Origin: Planctomycetota bacterium
GTDB taxonomy: Bacteria; Planctomycetota; JAJSAM01; JAJVHW01
DNA: 64,000 nucleotides
NCBI GenBank assembly: GCA_965248445.1
Contig: CBDFJG010000004.1
Coordinates: 480,001-544,000, forward strand
Reading direction: 5' to 3'
The notes beneath the pieces are model-generated. The model had not been told where the DNA came from. It worked only from the letters and a program-made list of their open reading frames with translations, and ran no database searches. Each line of letters opens with the position of its first letter. Within the stretch, counting starts at the first letter, position 1. Positions 1 through 9,183 of this stretch are shown piece after piece. The position numbers and the translations under genes were made by a program.

Positions 1-1839
1 GACGGCGACACCAAGATCATCTTCGACAGCGCACCGGCCAGCCTGGCGGTCCTGACCGTGGACTTCCGGCGCAGTATGTTCGCGGGGCTCTCCGTCGAGG
101 AGCGCATGGGGACGCCGTTCGACGCCCCGCTCCGCGGCGCGCACGACATCAAGAACTCGTACCGGATCGAGGAGGAGACCCGGTTCGGGGTCGCGACCAC
201 CTACCAGATGCGGGACGCCGCCGACAACGTCATCTTCGTCTGGGCGTCCGGCGCGAACGGGATGAACCGCCTCAACCTGTTGAAGGGAGGGCGCTCCGGA
301 AGTTACGCGCAACTGACGATCGAGGCGCGCCTGATCGTGTCGAGCGGGACGAGCATCTGGAACACCTGGCAGCGGATCCCGGACCCGCGCGGGAAGCTGA
401 AGCGCCACGGGCACAAGAAGCTCGCAGACGAGTTCGAGCTGATGGGGGACTCGCTCTCCGAGATCTTCTGGGGGCTCAACATCCGGGAGCTCCTGGAGAA
501 GTACCACGACAAGCACCCGAACAACGCCGGCGGCAGGAAGCGGCTCAACGACTTCGTTCGCGGTCGGTACGAATTCCGGGTCCAGCGGAGCTCCCGGAAG
601 GGTGTCACGGACAGCAAGACCGCGTTCACCGACACCATCATCCTCTCGCAGGCCAAGGAGGTGATCGACGAGTTCCTGTCGCAGCCGGGCCGCGCCAAGA
701 TCAAGTTCGAGAACCTCCGGAGTCGGCGCGTCGGCGGACGGGTCCCGGGCGTGAAGGTCGATGTCGTCGGGATCGCGAACTGCGTGCGCTGGGACGACAC
801 CCTGGACGTCCCGGACTGGGTCGAGGACGAAGCCTCCCAGGGGAACCGGGTCTGGGCGATGGTGAACTTCATCACCAACAAGAACTACGGGGGCGGGGAC
901 CACAGCACGCTGGCGGACATCGACACCGCGTCCGCGAAGGTGGTCGCGGACATCCTGGACGAGAACGTCCGGATCTCGGAGGACGACGAGGGCGGGGAGG
1001 TGCGCTGTCAACTCGACGCCGTCCTCGACACCCGGCGGGTACTCCTCGACTGGATGAAGCGGCTCGCGATCCCGGGGCGCGTCTTCGTGTACCAGCAGGG
1101 CAACACCTGGAAGTTCGTCTATGACGGCGACGTGGACCTCCTCGACGCGGACGGCGTAGACCTCGTCCCGGTCATCTACGACTCGACGATCGCCGGCCGC
1201 ACCAAGAAGAAGTCGGCCAAGCTCGGGCGCCCGGAGACGCACACGATCCCGACGTCGTTGGAGATCGACTACCTGCGCCGCGACGACGACTTCCGCCAGA
1301 AGCAGGTCCGGGTGCAGCTTCAGGACTCGCACACCGAGGTCGTCCGTCACGCGCGGGCGGACGGGTTCGGGATCACCCGACAGACTGAGCTGGTCCGGTA
1401 CGCCAACTGGAAGTTCGCGCGGCTGAGGGCGTCCGGGATGAACCTGGCCATCGGGGTCTCCCCGCAGGCGATGCGCCTGGAGGCCGGGGACGTCTTCCGG
1501 TTCATCTCCGCGCGCATCGGGATTGACGGCTGGTGGCGGGTCTTTGAGACCGTCTTCGGGTCGGACACCTTCTACGTCCAGATCGACGGCCGTCAGTACG
1601 ACCCGGAGTCCGCCGCGGAGGACTTCAAGTCGTACCGGGTCATCGAGGTCGGGGCACGTGACCAGCAGTACTCGCGGGCGCGGATCCGGCCGCAGGCGAC
1701 GCCGGTCGTCCCGCCGCGCGCCCCGACGACGTGCACGACCCCGAACCTCCCCCGGAAGCGCACGCAGCCGTTCGACCGCACGCGCGGGGGGTACGGGCGG
1801 CAGCGGCGCGTCAACGTACGAGCGAGGCGGAAGGGATGA
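1..1839 (+). CDS. Phage tail tip / host-specificity protein (5'-partial)
   Basis: Frame is open from base 1. NRVWAMVNFITNKNYGGG, CQLDAVLD and a C-terminal LEIDYL...FGITRQTE...LEAGDVFRF...WRV pattern resemble GpJ-like tail tip proteins. Confidence 0.75.
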   Translation, partial: DGDTKIIFDSAPASLAVLTVDFRRSMFAGLSVEERMGTPFDAPLRGAHDIKNSYRIEEETRFGVATTYQMRDAADNVIFVWASGANGMNRLNLLKGGRSGSYAQLTIEARLIVSSGTSIWNTWQRIPDPRGKLKRHGHKKLADEFELMGDSLSEIFWGLNIRELLEKYHDKHPNNAGGRKRLNDFVRGRYEFRVQRSSRKGVTDSKTAFTDTIILSQAKEVIDEFLSQPGRAKIKFENLRSRRVGGRVPGVKVDVVGIANCVRWDDTLDVPDWVEDEASQGNRVWAMVNFITNKNYGGGDHSTLADIDTASAKVVADILDENVRISEDDEGGEVRCQLDAVLDTRRVLLDWMKRLAIPGRVFVYQQGNTWKFVYDGDVDLLDADGVDLVPVIYDSTIAGRTKKKSAKLGRPETHTIPTSLEIDYLRRDDDFRQKQVRVQLQDSHTEVVRHARADGFGITRQTELVRYANWKFARLRASGMNLAIGVSPQAMRLEAGDVFRFISARIGIDGWWRVFETVFGSDTFYVQIDGRQYDPESAAEDFKSYRVIEVGARDQQYSRARIRPQATPVVPPRAPTTCTTPNLPRKRTQPFDRTRGGYGRQRRVNVRARRKG

Positions 1840-3209
1840 GCGTCGCACTCTGGGAGATCGAGTGGTCCGCCGGGGAGGATGCCGCGGACTCCTACAACGT
1901 CTACGTGGAGGCGGAGCCACCCGGCGTTCGTCGGCTCCACCTGATCGACGCTGAGAGCCCGGTGGACGTCGAACTGGCCGACGTCGATCAACCCGCGTGG
2001 GTCTGGATCGCTCCCGTCATCGGAGGCGCGGAGCTCGAGGAGGGGGACTGGGCGAAGATCATCATCCAGCCGAACGACACGACGGACTTCACGGCCCCGC
2101 CGGACCTCACCAACTTCGTCGTCCGGCAGGTCGGGACCGAACTCGTCGCGACGTTCGATGAGGTCGAGAACCCGCACCTGAAGGGCTACGAGATCCGGCG
2201 CGGCTCCGACTACGCGACCGGCGTCAAGGTCGTGCTCGCCCGCGGCCCCGGTCGCGAAGCAAGCTGGGGCTGGGCGGCCCTCGGCGCGCACGCGTACTAC
2301 GCGAAGGCAATCACGACGCACGGGCTCGAGAGCGACGCGGCGGTCTCGTCCTCACTCACGGTGGCGGGCGTGCCCCTGATGGTGGAGACCGGCAGCGGGA
2401 CCACCGAGGAACCGGGCTTCAGCGGGACCGGGACCGAGATCGACACGAACCGCCTCCAGCCGACCCAGAGGCCGACGGACTGGACGACCGAGACCTCGCC
2501 GGCGGACTGGACCGACAACACGGACGGGCTCTGGTGGTGGGAGTTCTACGGGGACGCGGACTACATCACGACCGCGATCGACAACGGGGCCACGGTCACG
2601 GAGACCCCGCACATCGAGATCGACGTGGAGAGCGTCGAGAAGACCGAGATCACCTGGGACAAGCAGCACGGACCGGACATCAACGGTGAGATCGACATGA
2701 CCGCGGACGACCCGACGGTCTCGGTGCGCGCTCCCTGGGAGGAGGCGGAGCACGACGCGCTCCGCTTCAACGGCAGCAGCTTCGACCTGGCGGACGGGAT
2801 CAAGCTCCGGATCCACATCGAGATGACCGACGAGGTGACCCCGACGACCTGGACCTCCGAGGTCTGGGTGCCGGGCGCTACGTACACCTACCGGCACCTC
2901 CGCTGGCGGATCTACTTCCTCGAGTTGACGCCGCTCTACTACTTCCGGATCACCGGAATCACGTACCGCCGCTACCGCAGAAACCTGAAGGACGAGGGTG
3001 AGGGCGAGGCTCTCTCCAGCGGCACCGCGATCACGTTCGCCCAGCCGTTCTCGGCCATCCCGGTCGTCCAGGGGCTCCGGGTCGCCGGAGCCGGTCACGT
3101 CGAGGCCACCGCCATCACCGCTCTCGGCTGCACACTCACGCCCTACACCAACGCAACACCGCCCGTCGCGGTCACGACCGACGTGACCTGGCAGGCGCAA
3201 GGAGTCTGA
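1836..3209 (+). CDS. Phage tail-associated protein with fibronectin-III-like domains
   Basis: ATG overlaps the upstream TGA. WSAGEDAADSYNVYV, APPDLTNFVV and LKGYEIRRG are Fn3-like. C-terminal ITFAQPFSAIPVV resembles tail-fibre lectin-like ends. Confidence 0.65.
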   Translation: MSVALWEIEWSAGEDAADSYNVYVEAEPPGVRRLHLIDAESPVDVELADVDQPAWVWIAPVIGGAELEEGDWAKIIIQPNDTTDFTAPPDLTNFVVRQVGTELVATFDEVENPHLKGYEIRRGSDYATGVKVVLARGPGREASWGWAALGAHAYYAKAITTHGLESDAAVSSSLTVAGVPLMVETGSGTTEEPGFSGTGTEIDTNRLQPTQRPTDWTTETSPADWTDNTDGLWWWEFYGDADYITTAIDNGATVTETPHIEIDVESVEKTEITWDKQHGPDINGEIDMTADDPTVSVRAPWEEAEHDALRFNGSSFDLADGIKLRIHIEMTDEVTPTTWTSEVWVPGATYTYRHLRWRIYFLELTPLYYFRITGITYRRYRRNLKDEGEGEALSSGTAITFAQPFSAIPVVQGLRVAGAGHVEATAITALGCTLTPYTNATPPVAVTTDVTWQAQGV

Positions 3210-3211
3210 CA

Positions 3212-4141
3212 ATGGCATGGGTCACCCCGCTCACCGGATCTCCGGCCAACGCTCTCGCGCAGGAGCACGCGAACCTCCTCCTGATCGACACCTGCCATAT
3301 CGGCTCCGCGGCCCCGACCACGGACCTCAACGAGGGACGGCTCTGGCTCGACAACTCCTCGGACCCCCACGTCCTGAAAATCTACAGCGACCGGCTGGCC
3401 GGAACGCCCGCGTGGAACATCGTCAACGCGGGCGTCGACGGCGACATGGACTTCCTCCTGAACCAGATCATCAACGGGAGGCTGGAGAACACAGGCTCCG
3501 CCGCGACGCCGGCCAGCGGCAACGTCGGCTACGTCTACCTCCACACGGGCTCGTCCGTCCCGCAGGTCGTCATCAGCGCGACGAAGTTCGCGACGTTCAT
3601 GGTCGGGGACACGTCGCAGTTCTTCGCGGTCCCGATCCCCCCGAACGACTGGATCGACGACGACGGGACTCCGCCGACGAAGGCGGACATCGCGATGACG
3701 ACGAGCGGCAACTTCCGAGGCAAGCAGTTCGACGCAGTCGCCGAGCGCATGAGCGTCCAGGTCGAGATCCCGCCGGCCTGGAACACGACGGCCGACCCGG
3801 TGCTCCGCGTCCGCGTGCTGATCGAAACCGCCGCCGCATCGGCCAACGAGGACATCGATGTCGAGATCGACTGGAACCGCGTCCGCGTGGGGAACGGTGA
3901 TCTCGCGACGAAGGCGAGCGTCACGAAGTTGACCCCGTACGACATCGGCTCCAACAACGCGCAGTACACGCTCCACGAGATCGACTTCGCTCTCGACCGC
4001 GCCGCGAGCGGGAACGAACTCCTCGTGGGCGACTACGTCAACATCGAGTTCGGCCTCACGAACCTCGACGAGGTCGACTCGATCATCTTCGTCGGCGCCA
4101 AGATGCGCTACCCGATGGGCACGACGATCTTCGAGGCGTAA
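3212..4141 (+). CDS. Phage virion structural / tail fibre-like protein
   Basis: GSAAPTTDLNEGRLWLDNS tail-fibre-like motif and a beta-rich C-terminus; follows the tail genes. Confidence 0.55.
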   Translation: MAWVTPLTGSPANALAQEHANLLLIDTCHIGSAAPTTDLNEGRLWLDNSSDPHVLKIYSDRLAGTPAWNIVNAGVDGDMDFLLNQIINGRLENTGSAATPASGNVGYVYLHTGSSVPQVVISATKFATFMVGDTSQFFAVPIPPNDWIDDDGTPPTKADIAMTTSGNFRGKQFDAVAERMSVQVEIPPAWNTTADPVLRVRVLIETAAASANEDIDVEIDWNRVRVGNGDLATKASVTKLTPYDIGSNNAQYTLHEIDFALDRAASGNELLVGDYVNIEFGLTNLDEVDSIIFVGAKMRYPMGTTIFEA

Positions 4142-4153
4142 CCGGAGGAAACC

Positions 4154-4378
4154 ATGAACCAGATCCAGCCCGGAGCACTGTGGGTGGGGCGCTCGTCCGA
4201 CTTCAAAGCAATGGTCGTGGGCGGCGACTACCAGCAGCAGCCGGGCGCCACGGTCGTCGTGCTGTCGAACGCTGCGTCGGACAAGGACATCGAGCGCGTG
4301 GCGGTGCGGCTCAGCGGCGGGGACCCGGCAGAGGTCGCGCCGTCGCCGGCGCGGCCGCGCACGCTCGGGGGCGGGTGA
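4154..4378 (+). CDS. Small hypothetical phage protein
   Basis: Strong GGAGGA RBS before the ATG. Confidence 0.6.
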   Translation: MNQIQPGALWVGRSSDFKAMVVGGDYQQQPGATVVVLSNAASDKDIERVAVRLSGGDPAEVAPSPARPRTLGGG

Positions 4379-4379
4379 G

Positions 4380-4875
4380 TCAATACGGCACGCGACGGAA
4401 TACAGCGGATTGCCCGCGCGCGTTCTCCACGACCGCCTTGCTCAGGCCCAGGTGTCGCAAGGGCCACACGTAGTTGCCGAACGCCATCCCTGCGATCCAC
4501 TCGAGGTTTCCGAGCACGTGGCGGTCGGTTGACACGATGAGGTTGGATCCCTCGACTCTGAAGCCCGTGACCCAGTGATACCAGGTCGTCCGCCACTTCG
4601 GCGCCCCCGAAGTTGACGTCGTAGTGGGCGCGAATCGCCTCGGCAAGCCCACTCTCCCAAGCTGCGATCCCGACATCGTCCGTGGTGCCTGGCCGGGCGG
4701 GGTAGTCCGCAAGCCGCGTGGGTGCCCCCGGCGGATCCTCCCGCCTATCGAACGTCAGTGCCGGCGCGGCGGCGACCTCGTCGGTCTTCTGCGATGACGG
4801 CGCCGGAGTGGTTCCGGCGCACGACGCGAGCGAAGCGACCGCGATGAGCGCCGCGATGCCGGTGAGGGTGTTCAC
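4380..4875 (-). pseudogene. Predicted lipoprotein with a frameshift near 4605
   Basis: GTG overlaps the upstream TGA. Signal NTLTGIAALIAVASLASC with lipobox. Reading YDVNFG continues as APKWRTTWYHW in another frame at a G5 run. Confidence 0.55.
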
Positions 4876-5234
4876 GCGCCAGCCGGAGCGAGGGCGTCCG
4901 ACGCCTCGACGACCTTGCGGCAGACGACGTCCATGAACTCGACGACGTCGCACTCGGCGCGTTGGTTGACGCCAGCGGGTGTGCCGTCGCGGTTCAGGAC
5001 GAGGTCGTGAATGATGTTGATCACCAGGTAGCAGCTGACGCTGCCAAGGATCTTCAGGCAGACCGGGAGCCCGTGCTCGTCCACAGATAGGTAGACGGGC
5101 AGGGTCGGATTGGGCTGGATGACGCGCTTCCCCTTCCGCTTCTGGAAGTGAATCAGCACGCCGTCCTTCTCCCCGTTCTCGTCGGTGTAGTACTTCACCT
5201 CAGGATCGGGAAGGAGGTTGCCCCACAACGTCAT
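4872..5234 (-). CDS. DUF2283-like protein, putative antitoxin
   Basis: VKYYTDENGEKDGVLIHF...VYLSVDEHGLPVCLKIL fits the DUF2283 pattern; has an RBS. Confidence 0.5.
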   Translation of the reverse strand: MTLWGNLLPDPEVKYYTDENGEKDGVLIHFQKRKGKRVIQPNPTLPVYLSVDEHGLPVCLKILGSVSCYLVINIIHDLVLNRDGTPAGVNQRAECDVVEFMDVVCRKVVEASDALAPAGA

Positions 5235-5251
5235 GTCTTCTCTCCTTCTTC

Positions 5252-5539
5252 CTAGAGGGGCTGGATGGACCGCACGTGGAACACGTCGGGATCCCTGGCG
5301 GCCACACTGGAGGGATCCCTGTATTCGTACCGGCCGATGAGGCGGAACTCTCGTCCCGCAACCTCGGCCTCCATGATCTGGAACTTGATGACCGGGATGA
5401 TCATCTCGGACCGCTTTACACGCTCGGGCGGCAGGTCGAGGATCATGCGAACGACCTCCTCGGGGTCAGCTTCGCACTCGACCGTGTCCCAGAAGTCTCG
5501 CGAAATATCGCTGAGAACGACTTCGAGCCGTTCCACCAT
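5252..5539 (-). CDS. Small protein, putative toxin partner (DUF4258/RelE-like fold?)
   Basis: 95 aa, directly upstream of the DUF2283-like gene; C-terminal FRLIGRY...FHVRSI strands. Confidence 0.4.
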   Translation of the reverse strand: MVERLEVVLSDISRDFWDTVECEADPEEVVRMILDLPPERVKRSEMIIPVIKFQIMEAEVAGREFRLIGRYEYRDPSSVAARDPDVFHVRSIQPL

Positions 5540-5741
5540 AGCGTCCCCTGGGGGTTTTGTAAGGCTCTCTACGGTAGCTACGAGTGCCCCCAGTGATCTG
5601 CGAAATCAGACTTCCGGCGCACCAGCGCCGCTGGCCCGAGGCCGCTGTGACGGCGTGACAAGCTAGCAGAGCAGGCGCGCGCCGTGCTTCGGTTGAACCG
5701 CCCTGACCGCCCGGGGGTTTGCCCCCAATCGTCCCGGAAAC

Positions 5742-5758
5742 GTCATACAATGTATGAC
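5742..5758. promoter_or_regulatory. Palindromic operator-like site overlapping a TACAAT -10-like hexamer
   Basis: GTCATACA-A-TGTATGAC, perfect 8-bp arms, AT-rich, in a divergent intergenic region. Confidence 0.55.
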
Positions 5759-5787
5759 ACACACGCATTCCGAGGAGGACGACCGCG

Positions 5788-6489
5788 ATGCAGGACAGCT
5801 TCAAGAACCCCCTTCAGTCGATGACAGTCTGGGGCGCCGTACTGATGCTCTTTGCCTGGCTGAAGACGAAGTACGGGTGGGACGCGACCGAGAGTCAGCT
5901 CGAGTCCTACGCGACGATCGGCTTGCCGATCGTGCTGACGGTGATCGGTCGGTTCCGCGCGACGTCGCGCGTGACGATGACCGGTGCACCGGCAGCACTG
6001 CTCGTCTGCACGCTGGTGGTCGCCGGCTGCGGCGTATTCGACGGGAAGCAGGCGAAGACGACCACCGCCGCCCCAGTGACGGCTCAGGCGGCAGAGACCG
6101 TCGGCCGAACGCAGGGCCAGAGCGTCGCGTTCGTGTTCGCGGATCAACAGCTGCTCTGGGACATCCGGTTCCCCGAGGACGTCCTCGACGACCTGACGGA
6201 CGAGCAGAAGCAGAACCGCGACGCGCGCGGCGAGAAGGCCCTTCTGCTGATCGAGACGGCGATGGACAAGTTCGCGCTGGACGACACGGCGACGAACGCC
6301 GAGCGGTTGAAGATGATGATCGCGATGCAGGAGTTCGCGAAGGGCGTCGGTACTGCGACCGGCTCGCTCGTGACGGTGTCGCTGGATCACGCCCAGATTT
6401 CCAACAACGGCGACGCAGCGGGCCTCGGGGGTGAGGGCGGGACGCCGGCCGAAGATGACCCGGAGAAGCCGGACGCTGACGGTCTGTGA
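5788..6489 (+). CDS. Holin-like N-terminus fused to a lipoprotein-like domain
   Basis: KNPLQSMTVWG...two TM segments...GRFRATSRV resembles small phage holin-like proteins, followed by ALLVCTLVVAGC. GAGGAGG RBS. Confidence 0.55.
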   Translation: MQDSFKNPLQSMTVWGAVLMLFAWLKTKYGWDATESQLESYATIGLPIVLTVIGRFRATSRVTMTGAPAALLVCTLVVAGCGVFDGKQAKTTTAAPVTAQAAETVGRTQGQSVAFVFADQQLLWDIRFPEDVLDDLTDEQKQNRDARGEKALLLIETAMDKFALDDTATNAERLKMMIAMQEFAKGVGTATGSLVTVSLDHAQISNNGDAAGLGGEGGTPAEDDPEKPDADGL

Positions 6490-6677
6490 GTTGGTGGGAC
6501 GGGCTGAGAGACCGCCTGCGCAAGCGCTGGCGCACGAACGTCCTCGGCGTGTTCTCCAAGTCGATCGCGAACGGCGTGCGGGACGACTGGAAGCCGTTCC
6601 GGCAGCAGTTCCTCGCAAGCATCGAGAACGGGGAAGACCCGGCCACAGCGTTTGACCGGGTCTTTCTCGGGAGCTGA
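6486..6677 (+). CDS. Small hypothetical phage protein
   Basis: GTGA overlap with the upstream stop. Confidence 0.5.
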   Translation: MSWWDGLRDRLRKRWRTNVLGVFSKSIANGVRDDWKPFRQQFLASIENGEDPATAFDRVFLGS

Positions 6678-6710
6678 CACAACGGGGCATCCGACCACGA
6701 GGAGGCTCAC

Positions 6711-6995
6711 ATGGCCGGGACGAAAGCACAGGCACCCGTCATCCGCTGGAAGGAAGTGCTGCCGTGGGTCCTCGCGGGCGCCGCGGCGATCGGCACGTTC
6801 TTCTCGTTCAAGTCTGAGTTCGAGGCACACGTGAAGAAGCCTGCGCACGCCGCGGCTGACCGGCGCCTCTACTCGATCGAGCAGTTCCATGCCGCCCAGG
6901 GCGTGCGGTGGGATCGCCAGGACGAGCGGTGGACAGAGCAGAAGGACGTGAACGCCAAGGTGCTGAACGGGATCGAAGACCTGAAGGAGCGATAG
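6711..6995 (+). CDS. Small membrane-anchored phage protein
   Basis: GAGGAGG RBS; one TM segment followed by a helical tail. Confidence 0.6.
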   Translation: MAGTKAQAPVIRWKEVLPWVLAGAAAIGTFFSFKSEFEAHVKKPAHAAADRRLYSIEQFHAAQGVRWDRQDERWTEQKDVNAKVLNGIEDLKER

Positions 6996-6996
6996 C

Positions 6997-7086
6997 GTGC
7001 TGACTCTCTGCTTCATCGCCCTGGGCGTCGGAGTCGTGGTCTACGTCGTGGCAGACTTGGCGCTGCACCCGCGCGCTACGACGTAG
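6997..7086 (+). CDS. 29-aa single-TM peptide
   Basis: AAGGAG upstream of GTG; LTLCFIALGVGVVVYVVA. Below the ORF track cut-off. Confidence 0.35.
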   Translation: MLTLCFIALGVGVVVYVVADLALHPRATT

Positions 7087-7196
7087 CTGCTGTTCCTGGG
7101 CGCATCTCGCGCGACGGGACCTACACACGAGCGTCGCGGCGAACCGCAGCGTGTCGAAGTCTCGCCCGCCGGAAGTCAGAGGCTAAGAAGCGCGCG

Positions 7197-7625
7197 TCAC
7201 CACGTGACGCCGACGTTGCAGCCGGACTCGGTCTGCGCCCACTGCCGGCGGACCCTCAGGTCGTTCACCAGCTTGTCGTCGTCCCAGAACTGCAGCTCCG
7301 TGAGCGCGTCCAGGACCGCCTTCGCGAGGTTGTCGATGTCCGGCTTCTTCTCGTGCACCGCTGGCGCAGAAGGCTTCAGCTTCCCGGCGTTGCGGCCGGT
7401 TCCGAAGTGCGCCTTCGGGCGGCGTAGGTAGAAGGTCAGCGAGACCGTGATCGCGGACGAGACGGGCGCCTCAGGGCGGTGCTGCTCGGACGCGACGGCG
7501 ATCTGGGACTTCCACCACTCCGCAGTCGCGGGGTCGTACACGCGTGCATGGCCGCCGCGTGAGAACGCCTTGGGACGGGGCTGGCCCTTCGGGTCGCCTC
7601 GCACGAAGAACTGCACGTACGGCAT
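7197..7625 (-). CDS. rusA: RusA family Holliday junction resolvase
   Basis: GDPKGQPRP, KPDIDNLAKAVLDAL, WDDD motifs. Confidence 0.92.
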   Translation of the reverse strand: MPYVQFFVRGDPKGQPRPKAFSRGGHARVYDPATAEWWKSQIAVASEQHRPEAPVSSAITVSLTFYLRRPKAHFGTGRNAGKLKPSAPAVHEKKPDIDNLAKAVLDALTELQFWDDDKLVNDLRVRRQWAQTESGCNVGVTW

Positions 7626-7715
7626 TGGGGATCTCCTCGCACTCCCGGGCGTTGCCAGGCCCCCGAAACGGGAGTCATCCCGCCGGGGGCCTGTGAGAGT
7701 CGATTGCGAGGACGA

Positions 7716-8462
7716 TCACCCGTAGACCGGGATGTCGGACACGTTCTTGACGAGCCACTCCTTGATCCCGTCGATCGCCTCGAGTCGCCAGAGGCCGCCG
7801 TCCGCGGGGAAGAGAGCGACGGTCGGGAGACGCGCGTCACCACCACCACGCAGGCGCAGGATGAACTCGGAGGCCGGCTGAGAGACCTCCGCGAACGTGC
7901 GCCACGGCACGAGGACCACCGGGTTCGGCACCGTGACGTTGATGCTACCGACGACGCCCTTGCGTGCCGTCGCCGTCTGCGTGACGCCGTCGTCTTCGAG
8001 CGTGCGAACGGCTTCTTCGCGGACGGTGCCGATGAGCGCGAGCACCTTGGACCGGTCGCCGCGATCCTCGAAGCAGGACTGCATCTCGATCGTGAACGTC
8101 TCGGGGTCCTTCCATTCCTTGAAGCGGACGTTCGGCAGGAGCGGCTCGGCGGTGGCGAGGCTCGTGCTCTGATGGCGATCGCCGAAGACACCGGTGCGCA
8201 GAAGCACCTCCGTGGGCCCCACGACGTGCACGAAGACGCCGCCTCGGGGCGCGGAAAACGGCTGGTGGAACGCGGATTGCGCGAACTCGGCGAAGCTCTG
8301 CAGCGTCGTGAGGTTCAGCGCCTTCGGCGTGGGCTCGGGCTTGCGTGGGTCGTGCAGCTCGACCGTCGAATACTCGCGGCCGTCCACGGACAGGATGCGG
8401 CCGGCTTTGTCGGCCAGCGCCGCCACGGCGTCGACAGCGCCGACGTCCAGGAGCTCTTCCAT
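7716..8462 (-). CDS. Conserved phage protein (possibly DUF2303/YfdQ-like)
   Basis: DDGVTQTATARKG, VPNPVVLVPWRTFAEVSQPASEFILR, LFPADGGLWRLEA are motifs of a common phage early protein. Confidence 0.6.
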   Translation of the reverse strand: MEELLDVGAVDAVAALADKAGRILSVDGREYSTVELHDPRKPEPTPKALNLTTLQSFAEFAQSAFHQPFSAPRGGVFVHVVGPTEVLLRTGVFGDRHQSTSLATAEPLLPNVRFKEWKDPETFTIEMQSCFEDRGDRSKVLALIGTVREEAVRTLEDDGVTQTATARKGVVGSINVTVPNPVVLVPWRTFAEVSQPASEFILRLRGGGDARLPTVALFPADGGLWRLEAIDGIKEWLVKNVSDIPVYG

Positions 8463-8515
8463 GTGATCCTCTATCTCCGCGCAGCGCGCGGCGTGGGGTG
8501 TGCGGGTGACGGGTG

Positions 8516-8902
8516 TCAGACGGCCTTGGCGGCCGAGTCCTCCGCGCTGCCGGCGTCACCGACGGTGCGGATCTGGTCATCTCTGTCGAACTTGATCTGA
8601 AGCTGATTCGGGTCGTTCACGACCACGACGGGGCCGCCTCTCAGTCGCCCCATGTGGACGATGCCGCCAGCGCCCTTGGCAGGAGCGGGCTTCGTCTTCA
8701 CGTCGGTCGTGACGATCGAGGCGTCTCGATCCTCGTTGGGGGCGAACGTCACCGTCAGGGTGATCGTGCGCTTCGTGTTCCACTTCGTGTTCGGGTCGAA
8801 GATGTTCTCGGCCACCTCGGCGAGCGCGGCCTGGAACATCTCCTCGGCGGCGCCCTTGCAGAGCGTCTGGAGGGTCAGGGGTGTCGGGTCGTCGGTGTTC
8901 AT
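8516..8902 (-). CDS. Conserved phage protein (often labelled replication terminator protein)
   Basis: GAAEEMFQ...ENIFDPNT...KRTITLT...DVKTK; usually paired with the downstream gene. ATG overlaps the upstream TGA. Confidence 0.6.
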   Translation of the reverse strand: MNTDDPTPLTLQTLCKGAAEEMFQAALAEVAENIFDPNTKWNTKRTITLTVTFAPNEDRDASIVTTDVKTKPAPAKGAGGIVHMGRLRGGPVVVVNDPNQLQIKFDRDDQIRTVGDAGSAEDSAAKAV

Positions 8903-9183
8903 GCGGTCGTCCCTTCCTCTTGGGGTTCGTTCGCCGCGGCCGCGAGCGCGACCTGGCGCAGCGTTCCGCGCTGTTCGTCCGACACCTTGCCGAACGTCGC
9001 GCGCAGCTTGGCGATGAGCGTGTGACGTTCGGGCGTCGTCGGGTCCAGGGCCTCGTCGATCAGCGACGTACGCTGCGCCGCGGTCCTGCCCTGCAGGGCA
9101 ACGCACACGTTCGCCATGTGCGTCTCGAACTTCACGGGGCCGCGCTTGCGCTTCGGCTTCGTGACTGGGGTTTCCTCTGACAC
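8899..9183 (-). CDS. Hypothetical phage protein
   Basis: GAGGAGG RBS; coupled to the downstream gene. Confidence 0.5.
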   Translation of the reverse strand: MSEETPVTKPKRKRGPVKFETHMANVCVALQGRTAAQRTSLIDEALDPTTPERHTLIAKLRATFGKVSDEQRGTLRQVALAAAANEPQEEGTTA

